Assembly (NCBI RefSeq): GCF_000017305.1
Contig: NC_009664.2
Span: forward strand, 2,280,001-2,312,000
Length of the DNA: 32,000 nt
Direction: 5' to 3'
Source: Kineococcus radiotolerans SRS30216 = ATCC BAA-149
GTDB lineage: Bacteria > Actinomycetota > Actinomycetes > Actinomycetales > Kineococcaceae
Positions within the stretch are counted from its first letter, which is position 1. Each line of letters opens with the position of its first letter. Positions 1 to 6,844 of this stretch are shown in pieces. Made by a program: the position numbers and the translations under genes. Below the pieces are notes generated by a model. That model searched no databases and had not been told where the DNA came from. It saw only the letters and a list, made by a program, of their open reading frames with translations.

Positions 1-291
1 CGGCAGTACAAGCGCGAGAGCAACCGGGCGGCGCGCGAGGCGCTGGTCGCTGCGGTGCGCGAGCAGGTGCCGTGGTTGGACCTCGGCGGACACGGGCCGC
101 TGTGCGAGGACTCCGACGATGCGCTGGACGCCGTCGTCGCGGCCCTGACCGCGCGGGCTGCGGCGTTGGGTCGCTGCGACTCGCCGCCTGAGCACGACAC
201 GGAGCGAGCCCGGCGGGAAGGGTGGATCCTGCTGCCGAACGGGCCCCTGTCGACCCTGGTGCTGGACGACTCCGATGGAGGATCGAGATGA
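1..291 (+). CDS. DUF429-like (RNase H-fold) protein, C-terminal part; 5' end lies outside the window
   Basis: Frame 1 is open from base 1 (RQYKRESNRAAREALVAAVREQVPWLDLGG...) to TGA 289-291. The tail pattern SDDALDAVVAALTARAAA ... EGWILLP matches my recollection of DUF429 C-termini. Confidence 0.5.
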   Translation, partial: RQYKRESNRAAREALVAAVREQVPWLDLGGHGPLCEDSDDALDAVVAALTARAAALGRCDSPPEHDTERARREGWILLPNGPLSTLVLDDSDGGSR

Positions 292-673
292 CACGTCGGT
301 GGCGCTCGTGAGAGGCGATGAAGCCCGGGTGGTCGCGCAGTTCAGTGCGTGGTTGCAGGACGCCGGGTGGCAGGTCAGCACCGAGGTCGACTTCTGCGAC
401 GTGGTGGCTACCCGGGGCGGGCAGACCCTGTACGCGGAGGCGAAGGGACGCACCACGTCCCCGGGGCTGGACGTCGACACCATGTACGGGCAGCTGCTGC
501 GCCGGATGCTTCCTCAGGTGGGCGAGGACGTCAGGTACGCGGTGGTGGTGCCGCAGGCGGCACGGACCCACGCCCTGCGGGTACCCGAAGCGATCAGGGC
601 GAGGCTGAACGTCGATGTCTACGTCGTCTCCGACGAAGGCAGCGTGGAAGCCGTCACGTCGCCTCACGTGTGA
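275..673 (+). CDS. Small PD-(D/E)XK (restriction-endonuclease-like fold) protein, 132 aa
   Basis: ORF track. STEVDFCDVVATRGGQTLYAEAKGRT gives E..D-x12-E-x-K, the classic PD-(D/E)XK core, followed by a GQLLRR helix. It overlaps the upstream gene by 17 nt. The start is uncertain because there is no clear SD. Confidence 0.5.
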   Translation: MEDRDDTSVALVRGDEARVVAQFSAWLQDAGWQVSTEVDFCDVVATRGGQTLYAEAKGRTTSPGLDVDTMYGQLLRRMLPQVGEDVRYAVVVPQAARTHALRVPEAIRARLNVDVYVVSDEGSVEAVTSPHV

Positions 674-765
674 GCCATCGCTGCTGGTGAAGCTCGTGAT
701 CAGCCAACTCCTGCCTGAGCCGCGACCGTGCGGACTTCCCGGCAGAAGACCACGGGCTGCACGCG

Positions 766-782
766 CCACGTCAGTGACGTGG
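766..782. repeat. 17-bp inverted repeat CCACGTCA-g-TGACGTGG inside a 360-bp non-coding gap
   Basis: Read directly: the 8-bp arms are perfectly complementary around a single central base. It lies about 90 bp after the stop at 673 and about 250 bp before the GGDEF gene. Confidence 0.8.
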
Positions 783-1034
783 ACGAGCAGCCGGCGGCTC
801 TTGGAGGCTGCGCTCACCCGCAGAGGAGACAGGTTCTTGGACGATTCGCGCAGGCGTGTCGGGTAGCCGCCAGATGCGCATCACAGGCAGGTGCTCCTGA
901 GACGACTGCCCGCACCCGGCACCTCCCCGGCAGGCAGGCAGGCCGCCGCAGCGCAGCAGCTCACTCGTTCGCCGGATCGAGGCGACGGCGGCCGACGCCG
1001 ATGCCGTTGAGGAGGCAACCAGCCACGGGTAGGC

Positions 1035-2243
1035 GTGGACCGAACCCGTGGAGGCGGTGTGTCAGCAGGCGGTGCTCGAGACGCCGCGTCCGGCGACGGG
1101 CGGAGACACGGCCGTCGTGCCGAGCCGGCCGTGAGGGGTTCCCGCGCCACGGGGCGGCGTCTGGCCGGCGCCGCGGTCGCCGGGGCCGCGCTGTCGGGGC
1201 TGGTCTGGTGGGTGCTGCCCGACGAGGCGGTGTACTCGCCGTGGTGGACGCAGGTGCTCGGCTGGCCGGCCGCCCTGCTGCTGCGCGTCGACCCGGTGCA
1301 GCGCTGGATCGGCGGGGGCCGCCTGGACAACCGCCTCTGGCTCCGGCTCACGATCGCCGGGGTCCTGTTCGCGGGCACCATCGCCACGACCGGGGTGTCC
1401 TTCCTCTTCCCCGTCTTCGCCGCCCTGGTCGCCAGCGTGCACCTGCAGTGGAGCGGCGCGCGGGCGTGGCGGCCGTGCGCGGCGATGACGCTGCTGCTCA
1501 GCGCGGCGCTGCAGGTGGCGGTGCAGCTCGGCTGGTCGCCCTCGCACCTGCCCCGGTCGCTGGACCTGGTGGCCTCGGTGGTCACCCTGGTGCTGTCGCT
1601 GCTGCTGATCGGCAACGTGGCCGTGCTCGCCGCCCAGCGCGAGGCCGAGACCGCCGCCCTGGACGTCGAGCGGCGCAGCCGCCACGACGCGCTGCTGCAC
1701 GCCGCCACCCACGACGCCCTGACGGGGCGGCTGAACCGCGCCGGGCTGCAGGAGCACTTCACCCGGCCGCCGGGCGACGCGGCCCCCCGCGGCACCGGAC
1801 CGCGGGGGACGGGACCGCACGGCGCCGGCGCGGTCGCGCCCGAGGTGGACGCGGTGGGCGGGGTCGCGGTGGTCTACGTCGACCTGGACCACTTCAAGCC
1901 CATCAACGACCGCTACGGTCACGCCGCCGGCGACCTGCTGCTGCGCCTGGCCGCGGACCGCATGGCCGCGCTGCTGCGCCCGGGGGACGGGCTGGGGCGC
2001 CTGGGCGGTGACGAGTTCGTCGTGATGCTGGCCACGGGCGACGCCGCGGTCGTGGCGGAGGTGGCCGCTCGGGCCGACGCCGCGCTGCGGGCCCCGTTCG
2101 ACCTCGACGGGGCCGTGGTCCGCGTCTCCGCCAGCATCGGCACCGCCCTGAGCGTCGAGCCGGCCACCCTCGACGAGCTGCTGCGCCGCGCGGACGCGGC
2201 GATGTACACCGTCAAGGCCCAGCGCCGCGAGCGCACCCCCTGA
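1035..2243 (+). CDS. Membrane-anchored diguanylate cyclase (GGDEF domain)
   Basis: It has VYVDLDHFKPINDRYGHAAGD and RLGGDEFVVM motifs, with RPGD (RxxD I-site) five residues upstream of GGDEF. The N-terminal ~190 aa are hydrophobic (several TM helices). The start is uncertain: GTG 1035, or in-frame GTG 1059 preceded by GGAGG at 1050-1054. Confidence 0.85.
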   Translation: MDRTRGGGVSAGGARDAASGDGRRHGRRAEPAVRGSRATGRRLAGAAVAGAALSGLVWWVLPDEAVYSPWWTQVLGWPAALLLRVDPVQRWIGGGRLDNRLWLRLTIAGVLFAGTIATTGVSFLFPVFAALVASVHLQWSGARAWRPCAAMTLLLSAALQVAVQLGWSPSHLPRSLDLVASVVTLVLSLLLIGNVAVLAAQREAETAALDVERRSRHDALLHAATHDALTGRLNRAGLQEHFTRPPGDAAPRGTGPRGTGPHGAGAVAPEVDAVGGVAVVYVDLDHFKPINDRYGHAAGDLLLRLAADRMAALLRPGDGLGRLGGDEFVVMLATGDAAVVAEVAARADAALRAPFDLDGAVVRVSASIGTALSVEPATLDELLRRADAAMYTVKAQRRERTP

Positions 2244-2267
2244 CGACCCGGCGCCCCCGCCGCTGCC

Positions 2268-2978
2268 TCAGACCAGCGGCGCGAGCAGGTCCCGCACCGG
2301 CCCGACGTGCTGCACCAGACCCAGCAGCGTCAGGGCGGGGAACACGAGGAACTGCAGGAACGGTTCCGGTCCGCGCCCGGCGCGGAACAGCCGCAGGCCC
2401 ACGGTCGCCGGCTTCTTCCGCAGCCACGTCGTGAACGGCACCGGCACCCCGTCGGTGGTCAGCGCGTCCCCGGCGATGTGGGTGACGACCCCGCCGGCCA
2501 CCGCGACCGGCAGCCAGGGCAGGACGACGCCCTGGTGGGTCAGCCACCAGGCCCCGAGGAAGGAGAGGGCCAGGTTCCCCAGCGCCGTCTTCTCGGTGCC
2601 GCCGGGGATGAGCTGGGAGATCGCGTGCAGGGCCAGGCCGATGCCGAGCGCCAGCACGACCAGCGCCGACCACGGCCAGTTCGCCGCCACCGCCGCCAGG
2701 GCGCCGAACGCGACGGGTGCGACGACGACGTCGTGGGTGCCGCCGCGGTGCCGGCGGGCCAGGAACCCCACGGCGCGCGACAGCAGCCGCGTCGGCGGCC
2801 CCCACACCGACCCGGCCGTGGACCCGCGCTGGTCCAGGTCGGGCAGGTAGGCGAAACCGCCCCAGGCCACCACCCAGGCCAGCTGCTCCAGGGGGGCGTC
2901 CACCCCGAACCTCGTCGCCAGGCCGAGGGTGAGGGCCCCCGCCGCCAACCCGCTGGCGGCGTGCGCCGGGCCCATCAT
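2268..2978 (-). CDS. Membrane-bound metal-dependent hydrolase (YdjM/DUF457-like)
   Basis: This 236-aa protein is almost entirely hydrophobic, with short His/Asp loops (RGGTHD, THIAGDALT) as in the DUF457 family. ATG 2978 has GGAGG about 12 nt upstream. Confidence 0.65.
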   Translation of the reverse strand: MMGPAHAASGLAAGALTLGLATRFGVDAPLEQLAWVVAWGGFAYLPDLDQRGSTAGSVWGPPTRLLSRAVGFLARRHRGGTHDVVVAPVAFGALAAVAANWPWSALVVLALGIGLALHAISQLIPGGTEKTALGNLALSFLGAWWLTHQGVVLPWLPVAVAGGVVTHIAGDALTTDGVPVPFTTWLRKKPATVGLRLFRAGRGPEPFLQFLVFPALTLLGLVQHVGPVRDLLAPLV

Positions 2979-3074
2979 CGTGCGTCGAACCTCCAGGTCG
3001 GTGGACCCCGAGGCTACCTCCGGCGGGTGGTCCCGCCGGGGACCCTCGGGGCCACCGCGCGCGGGAGACGGCGC

Positions 3075-4202
3075 TCAGGCGTAGCGCAGGACCGCCCCGA
3101 TCCCCTCGGCCATCGAGACCAGCGGCGGCGCGCCGTCCTCGTCGGGGACGGGGACGAGCTCGATCCCGGCGTCGGAGGCGGCGAGCGCGCGGACGAGGAC
3201 GGCGTCGGCGCGGACCCGCGCTCCGCCCTCGACGCCCATGGCGCGCAGGTCCTCCTCCGTGGTGGCGATCTCCAGGGGCCCGGCGCCGGTCCACAGCTGC
3301 GCCGTGGAGCTCGGGTCGTCGAGGAGCAGCACCGTCGCGACCTGGCCCTGGCGCAGCGCCGCGACGACGGCCGCGAGCCCTTCCACGGCCCGGCCCCCGC
3401 GGCCGCGCTCCTGGGTGAACTCGTCGAGGACGGTCTGGCGCCGACGCGCGCGCACCGCGTCGAGGGCCTGCGCCACCGCCGCGGCGAAGGCCTTCTCGTG
3501 GGTCCCGGCGGCGCGGCTGCCGCCCTGGACCTCGACGAGCAGGTCGAGGACGGCGGGGGTGGCCTTGGACCGCAGCGCCGCGGCGGCCTTGACGTCGCCG
3601 GTGAGGAGGACGACCTCGGGCTTCTCCCGGCGCACGAGGGCGTCGAGCTCGGCGGCGACGGCGGCGGCGTTGTGGTCCCAGGAGTCCTGGACGGCGTGCT
3701 GGTAGCGCAGGGCGGCCCAGCCCCCGCCGGGGACCTTGTGGAGCAGGTCGTGCCCGCCCTCGACGGAGAGCTTCTGCGGTGACTCCACGGCGTCGGAGCG
3801 GGCCACGGTGAGGTCGGCGCCGGCGCGGTCGAGCTCGACGAGGACGTAGCGGACGTCGTCGGCCAGCGAGCGGACCAGCGGCATCAGGTGCGGCACGGGC
3901 CCGGCGGAGGCCTCCTCGCGCAGCGGGGGGCCGGGCAGGAGGAGGTGCAGCTCCAGGCCGTCGGCGGAGGCCAGCATGGCGCGCCCGACGGGGCCGCCCA
4001 CCCCGGTGGGTTCGGTGGCGACGGTGTCGAGCGCGGCGAGCGCGGGTTCGGGCGCGCCCTGGCCGGACAGCCCGGCCCGGGCGTCCTGCCAGCGCACGTC
4101 GACGTCGTGGGCGCTGGTCTCGCGGTCGCGCGTCGCGTCCATGTACACGGAGACGTGCGGACCGGGGTCCAGGGCCACGTCCTTCAGCCAGTCCAGCTTC
4201 AC
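3075..4202 (-). CDS. Bacterial eRF1-like protein (baeRF / Vms1-Ankzf1-like family; Rv2629-type architecture)
   Basis: The 375-aa protein has a central segment HKVPGGGWAALRYQHAVQDSWDHNAAAVAAE that aligns with eRF1 [28 protein letters not shown]. The C-terminal part (EGLAAVVAALRQGQVATVLLLDD ... GIGAVLRY) resembles eRF1/Pelota domain 3. The GTG start at 4202 is preceded by GGGAGGAG. Confidence 0.75.
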   Translation of the reverse strand: MKLDWLKDVALDPGPHVSVYMDATRDRETSAHDVDVRWQDARAGLSGQGAPEPALAALDTVATEPTGVGGPVGRAMLASADGLELHLLLPGPPLREEASAGPVPHLMPLVRSLADDVRYVLVELDRAGADLTVARSDAVESPQKLSVEGGHDLLHKVPGGGWAALRYQHAVQDSWDHNAAAVAAELDALVRREKPEVVLLTGDVKAAAALRSKATPAVLDLLVEVQGGSRAAGTHEKAFAAAVAQALDAVRARRRQTVLDEFTQERGRGGRAVEGLAAVVAALRQGQVATVLLLDDPSSTAQLWTGAGPLEIATTEEDLRAMGVEGGARVRADAVLVRALAASDAGIELVPVPDEDGAPPLVSMAEGIGAVLRYA

Positions 4203-4272
4203 GGGACTCCTCCCTCATCGCAGGTTGCTGAGCGCTTCTTACCCGTGACCCAGAGTTTCAACCCGGGGGCGG

Positions 4273-4671
4273 TCACGCCACCAGGTTCTCGACCGGGCCG
4301 ACGTAGAGCCACCGTCCCCCGCGCCGGGCGAAGGTGGAGTCCTCGCGCTGGACGCCGCGGCGCCCGGCGTGGCGGTAGTGCGCCTCGAACTCCACCGTGC
4401 CGGTGTCGTCGAAGGGGCTGCCGCCGGTGGTGGCCACGACGACGAGCCGGCGCCACTGCACGTCCGGGTCCAGCTCCAGGTCCTCGGGGCGGGTGGCCGG
4501 GTCCCAGCTGCGCAGCAGGTGCTCGCGGTCCCCGAGCGCGAACGCCGTGTAGCGCGAGCGCATGAGGGCCTCCGCCGTGGGGGCGTCCTCCGCGCCGCCG
4601 AGGTAGCGCCCGCAGCACCCGGTGAAGGGCTCGCCCCAGCCGCACGGGCAGGGACCCTCGATCTCGCTCAC
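4273..4671 (-). CDS. YchJ family protein (SEC-C zinc motif + NTF2-like domain)
   Basis: N-terminal CPCGWGEPFTGCCG is a SEC-C motif, and SRYTAFALGDREHLLRSW is typical of UPF0225/YchJ. The GTG start at 4671 lies only 4 nt after the LacI stop. Confidence 0.8.
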   Translation of the reverse strand: MSEIEGPCPCGWGEPFTGCCGRYLGGAEDAPTAEALMRSRYTAFALGDREHLLRSWDPATRPEDLELDPDVQWRRLVVVATTGGSPFDDTGTVEFEAHYRHAGRRGVQREDSTFARRGGRWLYVGPVENLVA

Positions 4672-4675
4672 CCGC

Positions 4676-5665
4676 TCATCCTGCCCGCGGGGCGGCCGTG
4701 GTGGAACGGGTCACCAGCCGCGGCTCCACCAGGTGCACCCCGACGGGCAGGGCGGGGTCGGCGAGCCGGGCCAGCAGCCGGTGCCCGGCGGTCCGGCCCA
4801 CCTCGTGCGCGGCGTTGTCGACGCTGGTCAGCGACACGGCGCGCAGCCGGGCGGTGGAGGTGTCGTCGTAGCCGGCGACGGAGACGTCGGCGGGGACGGC
4901 CAGGGCGAGGTCGCCGGCGGCGGCCAGGACCCCCACGGCCGAGGCGTCGTTGGCGGCGAGGACGGCGGTGGGGCGCCCGGCGCCGCCCAGCAGCCGGCGC
5001 CCGGCCCGGTGCCCGGCGTCCTCGGTCATGTCGGCGGCCTCCACCACGGGCGTCCCGCCGCCGGCCCGCACGGCGTCCTCGAACGCCGCCCGGCGCAGGC
5101 GGCCGACGGGACCGGACCCGGCGACGTGCCCGATCCGGCGGTGGCCGAGCCCCAGCAGGTGCTCCACCACCAGCCGCACCCCCGCGTCGTCGTCGCCGGC
5201 GACGACGTCCAGGGCCGCGCCCCCGGCGGTGCGCGTGCCCGCCAGGACCGTCGGGACGCTCGCGGCGACCTCCTCGACGAGGGCGAGGTCGGGCAGGGTG
5301 CCGATGACGACGAGGCCGTCGACGCGCAGGTCGGCGAAGGTCCGCGGGGCCTCCGGCTCGCTGCGGGCCTCGGCGAGCACCGGGCGCAGCCCGGCCTCGC
5401 GCAGCACCGGGCGCAGCCCCTCGAGGACGTCGACGAACCAGGGGTTGCGCAGGTCGTCGAGCACCAGCCCGACCGCGCGGGTGCGGCCGCGGGCGAGGCT
5501 GCGGGCGGTGGGGTCGGGGCGGTAGCCGAGCTCGTCCACGGCGGCCAGCACCGCGGCCCGGCGTTCGGGGGAGACCTTCGGGGAGTCCTGCAGGACCAGC
5601 GACACGAGGGACTTGGACACCCCGGCGCGCGCCGCGACACTGCGGATGGTGGGTCTCCCGCTCAC
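4676..5665 (-). CDS. LacI family transcriptional regulator (329 aa)
   Basis: The N-terminal HTH is RPTIRSVAARAGVSKSLVSLVLQ...SPERRAAVLAAVDELGYRPDPTARSLA, followed by a periplasmic-binding-protein-like sugar domain. I place the start at GTG 5665 (VSGRPTIR), with GGGGGGAG upstream. The 645-aa ORF in the track extends spuriously upstream. Confidence 0.85.
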   Translation of the reverse strand: MSGRPTIRSVAARAGVSKSLVSLVLQDSPKVSPERRAAVLAAVDELGYRPDPTARSLARGRTRAVGLVLDDLRNPWFVDVLEGLRPVLREAGLRPVLAEARSEPEAPRTFADLRVDGLVVIGTLPDLALVEEVAASVPTVLAGTRTAGGAALDVVAGDDDAGVRLVVEHLLGLGHRRIGHVAGSGPVGRLRRAAFEDAVRAGGGTPVVEAADMTEDAGHRAGRRLLGGAGRPTAVLAANDASAVGVLAAAGDLALAVPADVSVAGYDDTSTARLRAVSLTSVDNAAHEVGRTAGHRLLARLADPALPVGVHLVEPRLVTRSTTAAPRAG

Positions 5666-5717
5666 GCCGCGCTCCCCCCTCGTCCTTGACAGCGGTTGGT
5701 CCGAGCCTGATCGTAAG

Positions 5718-5743
5718 GGGTCGTTGGACCGGTCCAACGACCC
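5718..5743. promoter_or_regulatory. Candidate LacI-family operator: 26-bp perfect palindrome GGGTCGTTGGACCGGTCCAACGACCC
   Basis: Read directly. It sits in the 102-bp divergent gap between the LacI gene and the oxidoreductase gene, 25 nt upstream of the TTG start at 5768 and downstream of a TTGACA hexamer at 5686-5691. Confidence 0.6.
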
Positions 5744-5767
5744 GTCCGCCCCACCGGAGGAGTCCCC

Positions 5768-6793
5768 TTGCCCGACCTGCACCTCGGCCTCGCCGGCGTG
5801 GGCCGCATCGGCGCGATGCACGCCCGCAACCTCGCCACCACCCCCGGCGTGGGCCGGGTCACCCTCACCGACGTCGACGTGGCCCGCGCCCACGACGTGG
5901 CGGCGGGCCTGCGCGGCGCCACCGGCACCACCGCCGACGTCGACGTGGCCGCCGACGTCGACGCCCTGCTCGCCGCCGGCGTCGAGGGGCTCGTCGTCGC
6001 CACCGGCACCGCCCAGCACCCCGACCTCATCCGCGCCGGGGTCCGCGCCGGGATCCCCGTCCTCTCCGAGAAGCCCGTCGCCCCCGACGTCGCCCTCTCC
6101 CTGCCCGTCCTGGACTTCGTCGCCGCCCACGACGGCGTCGTCCGCATCGGCCACCAGCGCCGCCACGACGCCGGCCACCTCGAGGCCAAGCGCGCCCACG
6201 ACGCCGGCGAGCTCGGCTGGCTGCACGCGGTCCGGGCCGTCACCTGCGACGCCGCCCCGCCGCCGGTGTCCTTCCTCGCCACCTCCGGGGGGCTGTTCCG
6301 CGACTGCAGCGTCCACGACTTCGACACCGTCCGCTGGATCACCGGCCGCGAGGTCGTCGAGGTCTACGCCCGCGGCAGCAACAACGGCGACCCCGCGATC
6401 GGGGAGGTCGGCGACGTCGACACCGCCCTCGCCGTCTGCACCCTCGACGACGGCACCCTCGCCGTGGTCACCGCCTCCCGCTACAACGGCGCCGGGCACG
6501 ACGTGCGGCTGGAGCTGCAGGGCTCGGCGGGCTCGCTGGTCGTCGGCCTCGACGAGCGCAGCGCCCTGCGCTCGGCCGAACCCGGGGTGAGCTTCCCCAC
6601 CGGCACCCCGCACGCGACCTTCGCCGAGCGCTTCGCCGACGCCTACCGCGCCGAGGTCGCCGCCTTCGCCGACCTCGTGCGGGGCGTCGAGGGGGAGCTG
6701 TGCCGCCCCGAGGACGCCGTCGCCGCCTCCCGGGTCGCCGACGCGGCGCAGGAGTCGCTGGTCACCGGCGTCCCCGTCCGGGTCGGGACCTGA
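5768..6793 (+). CDS. Gfo/Idh/MocA family oxidoreductase (inositol/sugar dehydrogenase-like)
   Basis: N-terminal Rossmann motif LGLAGVGRIGAMHARNL, EKP motif (VLSEKPVA), 341 aa. The TTG start at 5768 has GGAGGAG 7 nt upstream. It is divergent from the LacI gene. Confidence 0.85.
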   Translation: MPDLHLGLAGVGRIGAMHARNLATTPGVGRVTLTDVDVARAHDVAAGLRGATGTTADVDVAADVDALLAAGVEGLVVATGTAQHPDLIRAGVRAGIPVLSEKPVAPDVALSLPVLDFVAAHDGVVRIGHQRRHDAGHLEAKRAHDAGELGWLHAVRAVTCDAAPPPVSFLATSGGLFRDCSVHDFDTVRWITGREVVEVYARGSNNGDPAIGEVGDVDTALAVCTLDDGTLAVVTASRYNGAGHDVRLELQGSAGSLVVGLDERSALRSAEPGVSFPTGTPHATFAERFADAYRAEVAAFADLVRGVEGELCRPEDAVAASRVADAAQESLVTGVPVRVGT

Positions 6794-6800
6794 GGACCGC

Positions 6801-6844
6801 TCAGGCGCGGATCAGGCGCGGATGAGGCGCGGATCAGGCGCAGA
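6801..6844. repeat. Tandem 11-bp repeat TCAGGCGCGGA x4 (plus a degenerate copy at 6791-6800)
   Basis: Read directly: TCAGGCGCGGA, TCAGGCGCGGA, TGAGGCGCGGA, TCAGGCGCAGA. It fills the convergent gap. The degenerate first copy carries the oxidoreductase stop (TGA 6791-6793) and the last copy carries the LCP stop (6834-6836). Confidence 0.9.

Noticed and set aside
2212-4218. 668-aa minus-strand ORF, extremely Arg/Pro/Gly-rich
   Set aside because: It is out of frame over the well-supported DUF457 and eRF1-like genes on the same strand. Its low-complexity RPG composition is typical of GC-driven open frames, and it has no recognisable motif.
5666-6613. Upstream extension of the LacI ORF (645-aa track entry)
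   Set aside because: The extension runs antisense through the oxidoreductase gene and the operator region. The HTH begins right after GTG 5665, which has a good SD.
6801-6844. 11-bp tandem array as a CRISPR-like or mini-CRISPR element
   Set aside because: The units are contiguous with no spacers and are far too short. It is a simple microsatellite.
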